DNA of 64,000 nucleotides from Octopus sinensis. Taxonomy: Eukaryota. Within the stretch, counting starts at the first letter, position 1. Every line of letters begins with the position of its first letter. This document shows, piece by piece, positions 1 through 13,150 of the stretch. The notes beneath the pieces were generated by a model that was not told where the DNA came from, did no database searches, and saw only the letters and a list, made by a program, of their open reading frames with translations. Position numbers and translations under genes: made by a program. The stretch is taken from contig NC_043011.1 in the NCBI RefSeq assembly GCF_006345805.1, positions 10,788,001-10,852,000 on the forward strand, in the 5' to 3' direction.

Positions 1-159
1 CACGGAGTAGTTGGCGTTTGGGAAGGGCATCCAGCTGTAGAAATACTGCCATATCAGACTGGAGCCTGGTGCAGCCTCCTGGCTTCCGAGACCCCGGTCA
101 AACTGTTTAACCCATGTTAGCATGGAGAACGGACGTTAAACAATGATGATGATGATGAT
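1..159 (+). mobile_element. 3' end of RTE-type LINE (3' UTR + (GAT)n tail), truncated by window edge
   Basis: GGAAGGGCATCCAGCTGTAGAAA...CCCATGTTAGCATGGAGAACGGACGTTAAACAA(TGA)n matches the 3' ends of the RT-bearing copies at 14.1-15.6 kb and 29.8-32.1 kb. Confidence 0.85.
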
Positions 160-570
160 TGTACATGTACTTTTGGCTACCATTTCTGATGAGTTGTAGT
201 GCACCAAGCAATGTATACATTGTATACAAAGTTCATTGTATTTATACATATATATATAATCAAAATAAGCATCTGGATATCAAACAGTGATGCAGTATGA
301 CTGTTTCAAGCAGCTCCATTTAATTAAACAATGCAATCATTACATCAATTTAAAAGCAGTGCCATCTTCAGCTGCACAAATAAATAAATAGAATTTTAAC
401 AAGTAGGACACATTAACATAATTTTTCCAAAATATTTTAACAGAGGAAGAAGATGGAAGAAATTCATGTTGTCGAACCACTAAGTTATGGAAATGTAAAC
501 ACACCAACACTAGTTGTTGAGTGTTGACGGAAGAATAAACACAGACACACACAGATACATATACATATAA

Positions 571-717
571 ATACGATGGGCTTCTTTCAGTTTCCATCTA
601 CCAAATCCACTAACAAGGCTTAGTAGAAGACACTTGTCCAAAGTGCCACACAGTGCGACTGAACCCAGAACCATGTGGTTGGGAAGCAAGCTTCTTACCA
701 CACAGCCACTCTTACGC
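571..717 (-). mobile_element. tRNA-derived SINE (head and body fragment)
   Basis: Minus strand reads GGCGTAAGAGTGGCTGTGTGGTAAG (A-box-like)...GGGTTCAGTCGC (B-box-like); same family at 28.5 kb and 36.9 kb. Confidence 0.75.
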
Positions 718-986
718 CCATGGTTAACCACATACTTTAAGCTGAAACAGGATCTTGTATGTGGTTAACTGAAAGTTTTAATTCATTTTCTTTCTTCTGC
801 TAGTCTGTGTTATTCTCGGAGAATTTATGGTGGTAATAGTGTCTTTAGACGTCTGTTTTTCAGTGCATGGTGAGGCACAAGCCAAGCCCTTGTTATGATT
901 ACGTATATAATTATAAAATATTTGTAAATTTTTTTTTTTATTTCCATGCAGACCACCTGGTAAAAATCATTAATGATTTTTACCCT

Positions 987-1044
<58 letters not shown>

Positions 1045-1168
1045 GCATCCATCCAACCTATGCTAGCATGGAAAATAGACATTAAATGTTGATGATGAAG
1101 ATATATGTGTGTGTGTGTGTGTGGCATATTAGCAATTTAAAACCTAAAGGCAAATTTATAAACATCCC

Positions 1169-1589
1169 TAAAGTAACAAGGGTACAAAGTAGTACCAGTA
1201 TTGCTAGAAATAAGAGTCAGAACAACTCATTAGCCACACAAAATCTCAATTCTTGTCAGTGGATCTTACTGCACCTAGAGTTATGTTCAACTCACCTCGC
1301 CAACTTATGAGAAAAAAAACCATTGAAAGTATGTGTTGTCTCAAAATGGTAGATGTGTATACTATAAATAATGTAGGATCCACTGATGAGAATTGAGATA
1401 CCCTGCATCAGAATTCAAAATCACATGATGCGGGTATTTCTGCTATTTCAGTAAGGAGCTTTGTCTCAGTAAAGCAGAGCGCTCTGTCTCTCTCGTAAAC
1501 CTACTAAGATTGTGCTTTTTGTGGCTAATGAGTTGTTTTGACTCCTATTTCTAGCAATACTGCTACTACTTTGTACCCTTGTCACTTTA
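1169..1589. mobile_element. Fold-back element with ~70-bp terminal inverted arms, TATA box and degenerate hammerhead (PLE pseudo-LTR-like)
   Basis: 1169-1240 is the reverse complement of ~1517-1589; 1244-1268 mirrors 1374-1400; TATAAATA at 1363; CTGATGA at 1383 followed by a GAATT/AATTC stem and AAAA (decayed GAAA). Confidence 0.6.
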
Positions 1590-2214
1590 ACAATACGATT
1601 TTTAATCGAGATATCAACCTTTATTTATCCTTTTCAAACATATTTTTACCTCATGTAACTCTTATTTCTTTCTAAATAATATATAGATATGTTCCTTGTC
1701 TTCATGTAATTTTATATTATAACCCATGTTAGCATAGAAAGTGGACATTAAACAATGATGATGATGATGATGATGTATTTATTATGTTGATGTAAATCAT
1801 ACATATAAAATGATTATCTAAATTTTTGTTTCTTCATATACCATGTTATATATATATATATACATATATATGATAGACAGAAACTAAAAGAAGTCCATCA
1901 TATGTATATGTGTGTGTGTGTGCATGTATGGCTGGTTGCCTTTATGTATATGTGCATAAATGTAGTTGGGAATGTTTATATGTTTGTGTCTGCTTGTCTT
2001 GATGTCTACATAGCTGCAGGTACAATAAGCCATCTTAAAGTGAGTGAAGATTGCATTCTTTGAAAGAATTTGTGAAAGTCATAATTTGAATTCTGTATTA
2101 GTTAAGTGTTTCTAATGAAGACCAGTAATTAATGCAATTCAATATCTGTCATAAACTAATAAACTATAAAGATACTGAAGCATGATGTATCAATACTGAA
2201 ATGCTGTTGCTTAC

Positions 2215-2398
2215 CATTATTGATGCACTCATCAAAGCCTTGTTCTCGTAGGCATAGAGCAAAGATTTAAATAGTTCTGCTTTCTTCTCTTGGCTTCTGT
2301 ATTCACTTAATCTTACACTTTCTCCCACACCTCCAGTCATATCAACCATAGCATCACGAGATTTCCCTCCTGTTAGGGCTTCATAAGATCCAAACAAT
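2215..2398 (-). CDS. CAPN5: Calpain-5/TRA-3-like protease, coding exon 4 (LFGSYEALTGGKSRDAMVDMTGG...LMSASIM)
   Basis: Calpain CysPc motif GSYEALxGG..DAMVDxTGG; AG acceptor 2400-2399 and GTAAG donor at 2214; phase 2 matches the previous exon (AA+A=Lys). Confidence 0.9.
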
Positions 2399-2854
2399 CT
2401 ATCAAAATATTGACAGTGCATATAATTGTTTGTTACTTTTAGACAAACGAAAAAAATACAGAAGAGAGAGAAAATAGAATCTAATGATATTTATGCCTTT
2501 CCCAAAGTGTGTGTGTGTGTGTATTTAGGATGAACTGATGGATGGATGATTGAATGGACAGATGGTGGAAGACACACACACACACACACACACACATACA
2601 TAGGCAGATAGAGAGGTAGGTATAGAGGAAGGATTATTTAATTTAGAAACGTGAAGGTGAAGAGAATGTTTTAAAATTGATTAAATTGAATCAAATTTAA
2701 ATTTATATCAAAATGTTAAGATTAATTTCAGAAGTATGTTTGCCTTCAGATTATATTAATAATAGGTTGAAGATAACAAAAGAATACAGCTGAAGCTCTT
2801 TAAGAAACAAACATAATCCAATAATTCCTCATAAAAAAATAAAGCTGGTCTTAC

Positions 2855-3057
2855 TTTGCATATGCTTTCTCAAGTAAAGCACTCCAAAATTCATTCTTTG
2901 AAGTTGAATGAGCGAAAATAAGTTTTCCATTAATTGTTGGTAAAAGATCATCAACAACAACATCAACCCAGTCACCCATCTGCCAGAACTTGAAGTGGAA
3001 AATTCCTGCATATTTATTCTTAGGACTCCATTCCTGTTCTTCATAATCTGGAACAAC
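2855..3057 (-). CDS. CAPN5: Calpain-5-like, coding exon 3 ([41 protein letters not shown]...[14 protein letters not shown])
   Basis: Diagnostic GIFHFxFW..[13 protein letters not shown] and [14 protein letters not shown] motifs; the PDxxEQEW insert is characteristic of calpain-5/TRA-3; ttcag acceptor and GTAAG donor; 203 nt. Confidence 0.93.
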
Positions 3058-4353
3058 CTGAATACCAAAGACATTACATATGTATAAAACTAAGGCAACT
3101 TACTAATGAGGCCCAAAACTCGATGTCAGAATACCTAAAGGCTTTGGTTTGCCACAGTGTTGTGTAACAAATGTCAGTCCAGTAAATTTCATTGCAATCC
3201 AAGTTATTACTGCATCTCCACAACAGACTCACTCTAAATAGTAATCTTGCAGTAAGCCTTATGATACTGTCACCTGATGTGAAAGAATTGTTTTGTCAGA
3301 AGTGTAAAGTGTGCATGTGTGACATTTTTCAAAACCTCAAAGTCTGGGAATATAATGAGAGGGAGTAAGTGTCAAATAGGAGACTATCCAAAAGGCTTGC
3401 AATGGAATGGTCTGTGCCAAAGGCATTCAAAGGTCGTTTAGTGTAGTTAAACTGAGCAATGAATTCAACTTGTTATTTAAGAATTAAAAAAAAAACAAAT
3501 TGCTGAAAATTATCTATTTTAAGAAATACAGAATCATTTAAGTAAAATATTTTAGTTGGACAGCATGGAAAAGTGTAATTAAAATGAACAAATTTTGTTT
3601 GGGTGCAGTAGAGGAAATTTAACCCTTTCGAAACCGGATGAAAATTATCAAAATTCCAAAATTTTTAAAAACTGAAAATGTTTTATTTGATGAAATTCAG
3701 AATTTCTCAAATGAACAATTTACGGCTGTCTGGTCTTTGTTATAATGCAGTGGTGATAGCAGTATTTCAACTACTGACACTTCTAACAGACGTTCATATG
3801 CTAATCTACTCATAAAAGTGCAACTCTGAAGAAATTACTTAGTAGTTTCTCAGAGACATGACAATGTAGGTGTCTATAGAGGTGTGATGGTCATGTTTTT
3901 CTCAAGAGAATCAACATCAAGTAAATAGCTATCAGAGGAATGAAACCGTCTTCAGTTTGAAAAAAGCTTATGACTGTTCTACTATAGAACTGATGTTTAA
4001 GGAGAAAATATGTATAACTGAACAATATTGATTGTTGGTACTTGGTACAACTTATTGATGAGATAAGATGTACAGCTTTACTTCAGTCATCATCATCATC
4101 GATAATTGAAATTAGAATATAGAATTTTAAAACTGAAAGCAGTAATTTCAATGAGTAATGAACAGTATAAAATGTAGTTTTGATATCATACACATTGATT
4201 TTATCTTTCATTCATCCAGAACTGATATTATCATCATGTAACCTTACACATTTTTTGCCTATTTTTCGAAGAAAACAATAACAGCATCCATTAGTCTTAA
4301 ACTATCTCCCATTATCTTCAACATTACAATAAATGGGTTACATTTCATCTTAC

Positions 4354-4485
4354 CTTTTTCCATAGATCAGGGTTCTCAGCCACAGAAGCACAAGCTGCAA
4401 CAAACCAACAGTTTCCTAAACTGCCTTGTGCAAAATCTTCAGCACTTGCTGAGTCTAAAAAGAACTTGGGGTCCTCTGCAATATC
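4354..4485 (-). CDS. CAPN5: Calpain-5-like, coding exon 2 with catalytic Cys (DIAEDPKFFLDSASAEDFAQGSLGNCWFVAACASVAENPDLWKK)
   Basis: QGxLGNCWF active-site motif; ttgcag acceptor and GTAAG donor; 132 nt, phase 0/0; absent from the ORF track because it is short. Confidence 0.93.
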
Positions 4486-5125
4486 CTGCAAATAGGTTAA
4501 AGGGGTATCTTCTCAGAGTGCATTCAAGGAACAAGAAGTCTGGAAACCTTTCCAGCTCAAGTCAGCCAAATGGATATAAAACCAAGGAATGACAGTAGTG
4601 ATTGTGAGATGGGAGTAGTGCAGCTGACAATGATGAGTGGGGGATGATGTTGAGTATGACAATGGGAATGGTGATGGATGGTTGATGATGGTGATAGATA
4701 ATGAATGATGATCAATGAAGATGAGAATGATGATGATGATGATAACTACAGCAATGATGACAATAACGATGATTATAACGATCCTTTCACTGCATCAACA
4801 AGTCATGTGGAAACGACAATCCTCATCATCGAAATCATAACATTTGTGCTTCTCTTTGCACACAGCTAGTTTCTTCTTGAGTTTCCATGGCTTTTTGAAT
4901 CTTCCTGAAACTGGGATGCAGAGGTAATTAAGTGGAGTTAGAGGAGGCTTACATGCAGACTCAACTTCTCTAGCTTATGGGTTAGCAAGAAATAGTTCGA
5001 TGGAAGGTAATAGAACTTAGGTTCAACAAGTAGAAAGAATCAACTTTGTTTGGTTATCAGAACAGAATCAGTAATGGGAATCTAATGACTCCTCCCAAAC
5101 ACTAGCATAGCCAGAGTGTGTGCCA

Positions 5126-5581
5126 CCTTGCGAGCTTACACATGTCCTCAGCAGTCACAGCCCATGTTTCACTGCCATATAGCATGGCTGTTTGTACACA
5201 TGCCTCATACAGTTTACTTTCTACTCTGAGCGAGAGGCCTTTTGTCCCTAGCAGAGGTAAGAGCTCTCTGAACTTTGCCCAGGCTATTCTTATTCTAGCA
5301 GCTACACTTTCCGCACACCCTCCCCCACTACTGACTTGGTCACCTAGGTAACGGAAGCTATCAACTACTTCTAGTTTTCTCCATGGAATGTGACAGAAGC
5401 AGTTCTCTGCACATATTCAGTGTTTATTGCTCCTGGGCATCTTCCACATACAAAAACTATTTTCCTAGTTAGCCTTCCTTTCATATTGCTGCACCTCTTA
5501 TGTGTCAATAGCTTACACTGGGTACATCTTATAGAGTTTCTACCTATGCCTTTTCTACAGATCAAGCAGGGCCATCTACCT
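5126..5581 (-). mobile_element. RTE LINE fragment (PHD insert and RT C-terminus), degenerate
   Basis: ICRKGIGRNSIRCTQCKLLTHKRC..FVCGRC followed by VVDSFRYLGD; homologous to the larger copies. Confidence 0.85.
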
Positions 5582-6009
5582 AAAAAGTCACAGATTGGCT
5601 GACCGAAATTGCTAAGAGTTTTAAATTCTATCTGCTATTTTCCTAATATAGGTATTGCTGTTTCGTGGTTCACCCAGCCTCCCACCCTCACCACCAATAC
5701 TGGAAATCCCTGTCCTCTCACTCTCCACCACCAGTACCGGAAGTCCCTATCCTCTGACAGCTTTCACTTGTCTCTCATGAACACTTCTAAAGGCGTAATG
5801 CCATCCCCACCCCTACCTGGGGTCTATCTCCTATGTAAGGTTGTGATTATATAATGCATAAAAATGATGGTGTACTGCATGCAGGTTGAGGGCTGTTGTT
5901 TGTTTATGAATTCTGCCAAATGCGAGCTTTCTTTTCAGGTACATGATGCTGCTGTCCCCCATCTCAGGGTCACATGGGCTCACACCTCCCACACCCTCAG
6001 GGTTGGCTC

Positions 6010-6295
6010 AGGGTATGTCTGATGAGATTGTTGAGATGCTTGAACAGAGATGTGTAGATTTGTACTGCATCCAAGAAAGAAGGTGGAGAGGAGACTCTGC
6101 TAGGTTCCTCACAGGCAAAGAACATAGATACAAGATCTTTATTGGTAGGGAACACTGACAGGGTCAGGGGCATGGATATACTTCTTGCAGAGAAATGGGT
6201 CGATAAGGTAATTGAGGTAGTCAGAGTCTGCGATGGAATACTTAAGATTAGATTAGTGCTACATTATGGGTTAGCAACCACTATCTCGGCCTATG
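6010..6295 (+). mobile_element. RTE LINE AP-endonuclease fragment
   Basis: EIVEMLEQRCVDLYCIQERRWRG..GMDILLAEKWVDKVIEVVRVCD..TISAYG is an APE N-terminus. Confidence 0.75.
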
Positions 6296-6407
6296 GGGCT
6301 ACCTTGCCTAAACAGCCACAGTAGCCTGGGGTAGCCTTCTACCTGGCTGGCTCCTGCCAAACCATTCAACCCATACCAGCATGGAAGACAGATGTTAAAT
6401 GATGATG

Positions 6408-6444
<37 letters not shown>

Positions 6445-8479
6445 AAGAGAGAGAGAGTGAAGGGGAGATAGAAAAAATAGATGAATATAGAAAACATTTT
6501 ATTTGATATAAATACTATTTTGTAAGGAATATTTTGGGGCAATTTTAACATTTAACATTTTGACGATCTTGCTTTTAGAAATACAAGCTTGAATTACTGG
6601 CTAAATTCTATTTTGGTAAATTCTATTTTCTCATTTATTCTTCTTTACTAATTAACACTAATTTAATCTCCCGCCTCCTTCTCACTCACAATTCCATTAA
6701 TTTCCATCCCTCTCTCTCTCTCTTCAAACTCTTTCTCTCCTTTAACTACTTTATTTGTCTTCTCTTCAGAATTTTTATTGCGCTTTTATAGTTACTGATA
6801 AAAGATCTTTATAGACAAAGCTTCATGTGACCACTGTGTAACAAATCTAAACTCACTTCCCACTAATTCCCTTCATGATCTTACTTCAATTGGTTTCTTT
6901 TCTGCTTTTGTATTTTTGCCAGATTGTAACATCATGAGTTGCATGGACTCTAGGTCTTCTCTTTATTTTTTGTTTCTTGTTTTTAGCTATTTTTCAGTGT
7001 TATGCTATATTGCAAATGTTAATAAATGGTCTGTTAACTCATATTTAAACAGATTCAGTTATTTCCAATGCTTACACTATCAGAAATTTTCAAGTAGATT
7101 TAAATGTTGTGATAAGTGAAATATACTGGGTGTTAGATAACATTATAGTTTAAACAGACAAACAAGGAATACAGCTCTAAATTTTACTTCCTTACCATCA
7201 GTTATTGTCCTGGAAAGAAGTTGTGACAATTTAAGTGATAAATTTAAGTGACAGTTTAAGTGATAAATGTATATAAACTTGTATGATGTTAAATACTCCA
7301 TCCTAGATCATATGTTAAACCTATAAAATATTCTTAACGTAATTTTTTCCTATTATTTTGTTCAACATTCTGAAAGCAACAGATGAATGAATAAGTAAAA
7401 CTCATAAGTAAAACTTGCTGTTGTTTTTCACTTTCTCTGTATCTGTGTGTGCATTTATTGAAAAACCAGATACATCTGAGATGATTAATTAAATAAGACT
7501 TCTTGAAATCTCAGCTCATTAATATTACTGCAACAATTTTACAACCACTGACCCAGTCACCACCAAAACCATCAAGCAACTCACAAATATTATTTTTCTG
7601 TTTTATCTAAAATTACTAACAAATTCTAGACCAACCACTTGTAGCTGGCTATGTTTCTATAAATAACTCTTCTACTGGGATGGGCAAAAGTAATATATTG
7701 AACAGGTGATACTCTTGAATTATTCATCAATAAACTCATTACCAACTGAAACCTGTGTTTAAACCCAAGCCATAACTGATCAAGAATTACAATCTGAAGT
7801 TTTCCAGCAGTAAATATACTGTCTTTTTTTTTTCCTTTCAAAACTTGCATACATAGAACTATATTGTTCAATGTATCTGTTCTTTTAAGACTATAAGGAA
7901 ATGTGCCAGCCATTTCTAACTAGTCATGAGGCTGTGTAGTGGCACCTTAATTGTAGTTGTGTTCATGTGGGCCCCGGTGGCCTAGGGCTCAGAGACACTT
8001 GTTAGAATAACTGTGATCTACAGACCAAGTGTTCCAGACTTACAGCCACCACAGCACACCTTCCGAAATGCAGTTATTGATCATACTGCACATTGCAACA
8101 TGCAATCATATGACATGCAGTGTTAAAGTGTCAACATGGCGTTATAGTAGAGGATTTGGTTGTTGTAGATGTGTCTGTTTATTTAGGGGTCATTCTACAT
8201 GTAGTGGCAAAGGTTTTAAGTGATGGAGTTTACTGCAACAACAAACTTTAGCCCTTGCAACTGGTCTTCTGAATTGCTTTTCTTTCATTATGTATGTGGT
8301 CTACAAGTATCGTAGATGTAAAGAAGACAGTGTTGTAGGAGTGCACACAGCATGTGTACTACAGCAGTACTATGCATAGTTTAAATACTGAGATTGAAAA
8401 GCAGGGGCGAATCATGCCTAACTAATCTACAAAAAAGTAAAATATTTTGCATTAGAATTCTGAGTAGAAATATGTAATC

Positions 8480-8870
8480 ACCAGGGATCAGTCCTCAGCC
8501 CCCTCTTATTCATTATAGAACTCAAGGCAATAACATAGGAATTCAAGACAAGCTGCCCCTGGGAGTTTCTCTATACTGATGATGTTGCTCTAATAGCTGA
8601 GTCACTGTCAGAACTGGAGACGAAGTTTAGGGTGTGGAAGCAAGGTCTAGAATCGAAGGGCCTTAGGGTCAACCTTGCAAAAACCAAAGTCTTAGTAAGT
8701 AGGAAGGCTGTCAAATCATGACTTCCTTCAGGTAAATGGCCCTGCTCGATCAGTAGAAAAAGCATAGGTAGAAACTCCATATGGTGTACTCGGTGTAAAC
8801 TATGGACACATAAGAGGTACAACAATACCAGAGGAAGGTTAACAGGGAAAATAGGTGTAATGGAGATATT
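8480..8870 (+). mobile_element. RTE LINE RT fragment, degenerate
   Basis: HQGSVLSPLLF..CPWEFLYTDDVAL..KTKV..WPCSI; same family as the other RTE copies. Confidence 0.8.
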
Positions 8871-8934
8871 GTATGTAAATGGGTACATTCTGGAAAGGGG
8901 CTGCAATGGTAAATGGCAATGGGGAAGTGAACTG

Positions 8935-9245
8935 GCTTCAATAACATGTAGCATCATCTTCTTTACCACCAGGCGTGCCCCATTGCAGAGTGTTGGTGTA
9001 TCCAAATTCCTCAATAAAGTTCCCACTTTAAGTTCCAATTTGTGGGAAGGCAGCCCTGGAGGCTCCAATGAATTGAAAAATTCTGTTAGATAATTTATCA
9101 CCTCTTCTGGATCTGGGACTGTATCAACTAACTTATAGAGTTGAAGACTTCCAGGAAGGTACTGCAGCAGCTGCCCATTAATTTTACTTACAGTGCTGTG
9201 TTTTGGAGCCAGTATTGCTCTTTCACACAGCCAATTGAGATTGTG
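8935..9245 (-). mobile_element. Helitron PIF1-helicase fragment
   Basis: WLCERAILAPK..YKLVDT..NYLTEFFNSLEPPGLPSHKLELKVG..LLRNLD..LCNGARL is the Helitron helicase C-terminal region. Confidence 0.8.
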
Positions 9246-10713
9246 ATTATTTTTTTACCAATGGAGGATCTCTTGTTTGGAGAAATTATGTCAAGAAATA
9301 TGACGTAATAAAATAAGATGAGAATTGTATGTTAATAATGAAATGTCAATAAAAAAGGCTAAATAATATCAATATTTGAGCAAATTCTAAGAAATACATA
9401 CAATGAACTAAGATGACATTGATATGTAATTAATAAAATATCAATAAAAAACATTAATACCAATATCTTAAAAAGACGAAAAACATTCAATGGATTAATC
9501 ACGCTAGATAGAAGGGAGACAATCAATTTATGAAAGTTACTTTGCAAAAAGTTACATCACTTCTCTACGTAACCCAGGAAAGGGTATTTTCTGCTCCCAA
9601 AGGTCCCATTACTCATTATGTGAAAAATTTTAAGAGTCTAAAACCATCTCTGGAACATAAGTAATGAATGTTCCCAGTTTGGAGAAAATCAGCTGTGAAC
9701 TTCAGAAGTTACACGGATTTACAAATACACACAGTCTGACTTTAATATATATAGACAGACATTATATATTCTGCTTATCCAATATGCAATGTTTTCATAT
9801 ACAGACATGATGGTTTACTTCTAACTTCTTTGTGATGAGATCAAGGCTAAGTTTGTAGGAAGTTGATTAAAACACTCCTTTTATTACTGGTACATATTTA
9901 TTCACTCTTAGTGAGATGGAAAGTAAATTTGACATGGTAGGAACTTGCAATGTAAAGCTAACTTTATATATTCTACTGATCAGTATTTTACCATTTATGC
10001 CAATCCCAAAGCTCAGTATTATAGGAAAGAGAATTTTAATCAAAACATTTGTGGTATAAATTATGTGAAATTCTTGAACTGACAATTGAAAGTCTGTCAC
10101 AATCTCATTTTGTACAGATCTTAGTTTTATTTCTCTGTCATTCACCATCCACCACAAAGTATTTCAGGAGTGTCATTTTACTGAGTCATAAAATGAATCT
10201 CTCTGGAATAAATAGCAACAATATAATAGGCTGAGGGCTATTTTCAGTTGACCAAACTGAAACAGTGCAGGCTCTCGTATATGTAATAAAGTGAGTAGTG
10301 TTTTATATACAGTGGGAAGGCCTCATATACGCACGCAATAGAAGGAACTGTAAAACTTCAGTCAGCTAAAAATATGCAAGCAATTAGTAAACAAAACTCT
10401 ATATGGAAGATTTTTAGAATGCAGCAAGGAAAATAACTCAAATGAGACCTCCACAGCAAAGCCTAGTGATAAAAAATTATTTATTTATGTATATACTTAC
10501 TTTTATTTGTACTAACATTGCTTGTACTAATGCTTGTATAGCAACCACCTTGAGTGAAGGCAGGTGTAACATGAATGAGGGTAGATTAAATGGCAGGACA
10601 ACTGTTATATGTCAGTTGGCAAATGCTCATTGGAGCCTTTTTTCTGGATGCTGAAATCTACTGTTCTCCCCCACCCATGTTACCTCCTGCCACCTACATT
10701 CCCTCAGAGTTGG

Positions 10714-10838
10714 TACATAGGCACATTGAAAAGTAAGTCTAGTGAGATTGTTGAGATGCTTGAAGAGAGGCATGTTGATGCATGTTGCATTCAAAAAGTA
10801 AGGTGGAGAGGAGCTTCAACCAGGTTCCTCACAAGCAA
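10714..10838 (+). mobile_element. Short RTE AP-endonuclease N-terminal fragment
   Basis: IGTLKSKSSEIVEMLEERHVDACCIQKVRWRGASTRFLT, homologous to 6010-6295. Confidence 0.7.
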
Positions 10839-11080
10839 ACCCACTTTCAAACCCTGTGTTATCTTGTCTTATTTCACCAATTTTTTTTACAGACTGTACA
10901 AGGTGCTTTTTCATGGTACAAGCACTACAGAGGATAAGTATGACTCACAAGACTGAAAAGCCCCTGTGAAAGTGGGGGCATGTAGAAGAGAGTTTGATAA
11001 CTTTAGGCAAAGTACTGAAATATGTTAAAAGTGTGATGAGATTGTATAACATGGAAAACAAGTGTGTTAAATATACATAC

Positions 11081-11242
11081 TCCTGGTCTCTTCCATATAA
11101 TGCCACTTGGAGGACTTCTGCTAAAGAAGATTGCAGAGTTGTTTGCTGGGAACTTCGGATCAGTAAATAATATAGATTTCTTCCGACACTCATTACGTAA
11201 TTTGTGAAACTTCTGTTCAGCAAATGGAATTAATTTTGGCAT
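11081..11242 (-). CDS. CAPN5: Calpain-5-like, first coding exon (MPKLIPFAEQKFHKLRNECRKKSILFTDPKFPA...IIWKRPG); exon starts at 11245
   Basis: Q.F..LR..C.....LF.DP.FPA..WKRP calpain N-terminus; ttgcag acceptor 3 nt before the ATG implies an upstream exon; GTATGT donor at 11080; 162 nt. Confidence 0.9.
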
Positions 11243-12734
11243 CTCCTGCAATTTAAATTAAAAGTTTATAGTTTGTAAGTGCACATGATATATTTCTCTA
11301 ACTTGTATCTGTATAGAAAGACAGAGATGACCAACAGCAACATCACTACACCTGACAGTTAAAATGTGATATCACATCATGCTATCTTGAGGTAAAGGAT
11401 ACCATCTAACAATCAATAAACAATCAGATTCATTATGGGTCTTTTTTTTATCTAGATATTTTCAGTATTTTGTGTGTGTGTTTACAAATAACTTACAACT
11501 TACCTATTTTCCAACTGAATAAACTATTTATGTATTTATGTATGCCAGTATTATCATCAGTTTATCATTTATATATTCACATTTTATGCCGGCAGGGTTG
11601 AACAAATCATCATAGTCAAAGTTAAATCCTACTGGAAACTGCTACTTACGTGTGTGTGTGTGTGTGTGTGCGTGTGTCATGTGTGATAGAAGAATGGTTG
11701 ATACACAAATTACAAACCAAAAGAGGTTAGTTCAATTTCCGTTTCAAGCTACCCTTTTCATTTGTTGTTTTTATCTCTAAACTTATGTTTAAATATCATA
11801 TTCTAAGCCTGTTTCAAGGGTGTGTTAATTTCATTCTAGCAGGGAAAGCATTTGCACAAATCAGAAAATGTGTTGTTTATTGATTTCTGTATCAAAACAA
11901 GCATCTTTCGTGGGGAGGGGTACTTAGGGCAGAACGTGTAAGGCATTCATCATTGGAGTGACCAAATCAGGTCAGAACACTGTTTCAGGCAACACACCAG
12001 CATTTGGAACCAAGCCCTGTATTTTTAACACCAACAAAATATTATTTATGCCATTCTACATTTGTATACACATTATAAATATTATACACACTGGTATTTT
12101 AATCTAAAGCTATTTCAAGTGCATATATATTCATACATAAATATATATACACATCATTTGATCCCCACTTTCCATACTGGCATGAGCCGGATGATTTCCC
12201 ACAACCCGACAAATTTCTTATTGAGAGCACTTCTCTCAAAAACATTTGGCTTGGCTTCAATGGTTGGATGCTAATCACTTTAGAAAGTGCATTTCCTCAT
12301 GGCATTAGACATTGATAAGCCTTTGGCATGCCACAATTCTCAACTTCATCTAATCATTTGCCAACCACTTCCCAGTAAGTACCCATGGCACCAACACTGA
12401 TCACTCACAAGGAATGTGGCAGGAATTGAGAAAGGACTCAATAATCTAAAATGTATAGAGCAGAGAAGAAAATATAAGAGATGAGAGCAGAAAGGCCAAA
12501 AACGATTGGATAAGAGGGGAAGTACTCATAAACCTAGAGTGTGTACACTCACTTTAAGTGACCAAGGAGGGGAATAGGAGAGATTGTTCTAATGTCCAGC
12601 TTTTGCATACTTGCATGTATTGGTCAGATTTTATTGAGGCAGATTTTGTGAGAAAATGCCCTTCCTGTTGTCAAGATATTTCCCCACACATTATTTACAA
12701 TTGATGGACATTTGTCCTCATCTTGTTTGTTGTT

Positions 12735-12777
12735 AACACGTTTCGGCTGATATACCCTCCAGCCTTCATCAGGTGTC
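12735..12777 (-). ncRNA. Minimal type I hammerhead ribozyme motif (canonical core)
   Basis: gacac CTGATGA a ggctg gagggtatat cagcc GAAA cgt gtt: intact core and 5-bp stem II; 3' side slightly eroded. Confidence 0.7.
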
Positions 12778-12804
12778 TTGGGGAAATTTCAACCTGGGTT
12801 CTGC

Positions 12805-12835
<31 letters not shown>

Positions 12836-12912
12836 TAGGTCACTGCCTGGAATCAAACTCTGAATCTTTGGGTTAATAGCCTGCGCTCTTAACCACAACA
12901 CCATATATCCGT

Positions 12913-12985
12913 GGGCAAATGGCGTAGTGGTTAAGAGCACGGGCTACTAACCCCAAGATTCCAAGTTTGATTCCAGGCAGTGACC
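12913..12985 (+). promoter_or_regulatory. tRNA-like Pol III head (A box TGGCGTAGTGG, B box AGTTTGATTCC); mirrored at 12838-12910 on the minus strand
   Basis: GGCGTAGTGGTTAAGAGCACGGGCTACTAACCCCAAGATTCCAAGTTTGATTCC has D-arm, anticodon-arm and T-arm spacing but no acceptor stem. Confidence 0.75.
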
Positions 12986-12987
12986 TA

Positions 12988-13039
<52 letters not shown>

Positions 13040-13107
13040 TAATAATAATAACAACAACCATCAACAAATACTTTAGGAATGAGAACCCGGGTTCGAAATT
13101 TCCCCAA

Positions 13108-13150
13108 GACACCTGATAATGGCTGGAGGGTATATCAGCCGAAATGTGTG
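13108..13150 (+). ncRNA. Hammerhead motif, second arm (G8 mutated to A)
   Basis: gacac CTGATAA t ggctg gagggtatat cagcc GAAA tgtgtg. Confidence 0.55.

Noticed and set aside
8571-9101. 176-aa ORF as a novel helicase fusion protein
   Set aside because: Chance read-through from a Helitron helicase fragment into the antisense strand of an RTE fragment
12913-12985. Functional tRNA gene (also 36549-36620)
   Set aside because: No acceptor-stem pairing; continues into a repeat body, so it is a SINE-type head
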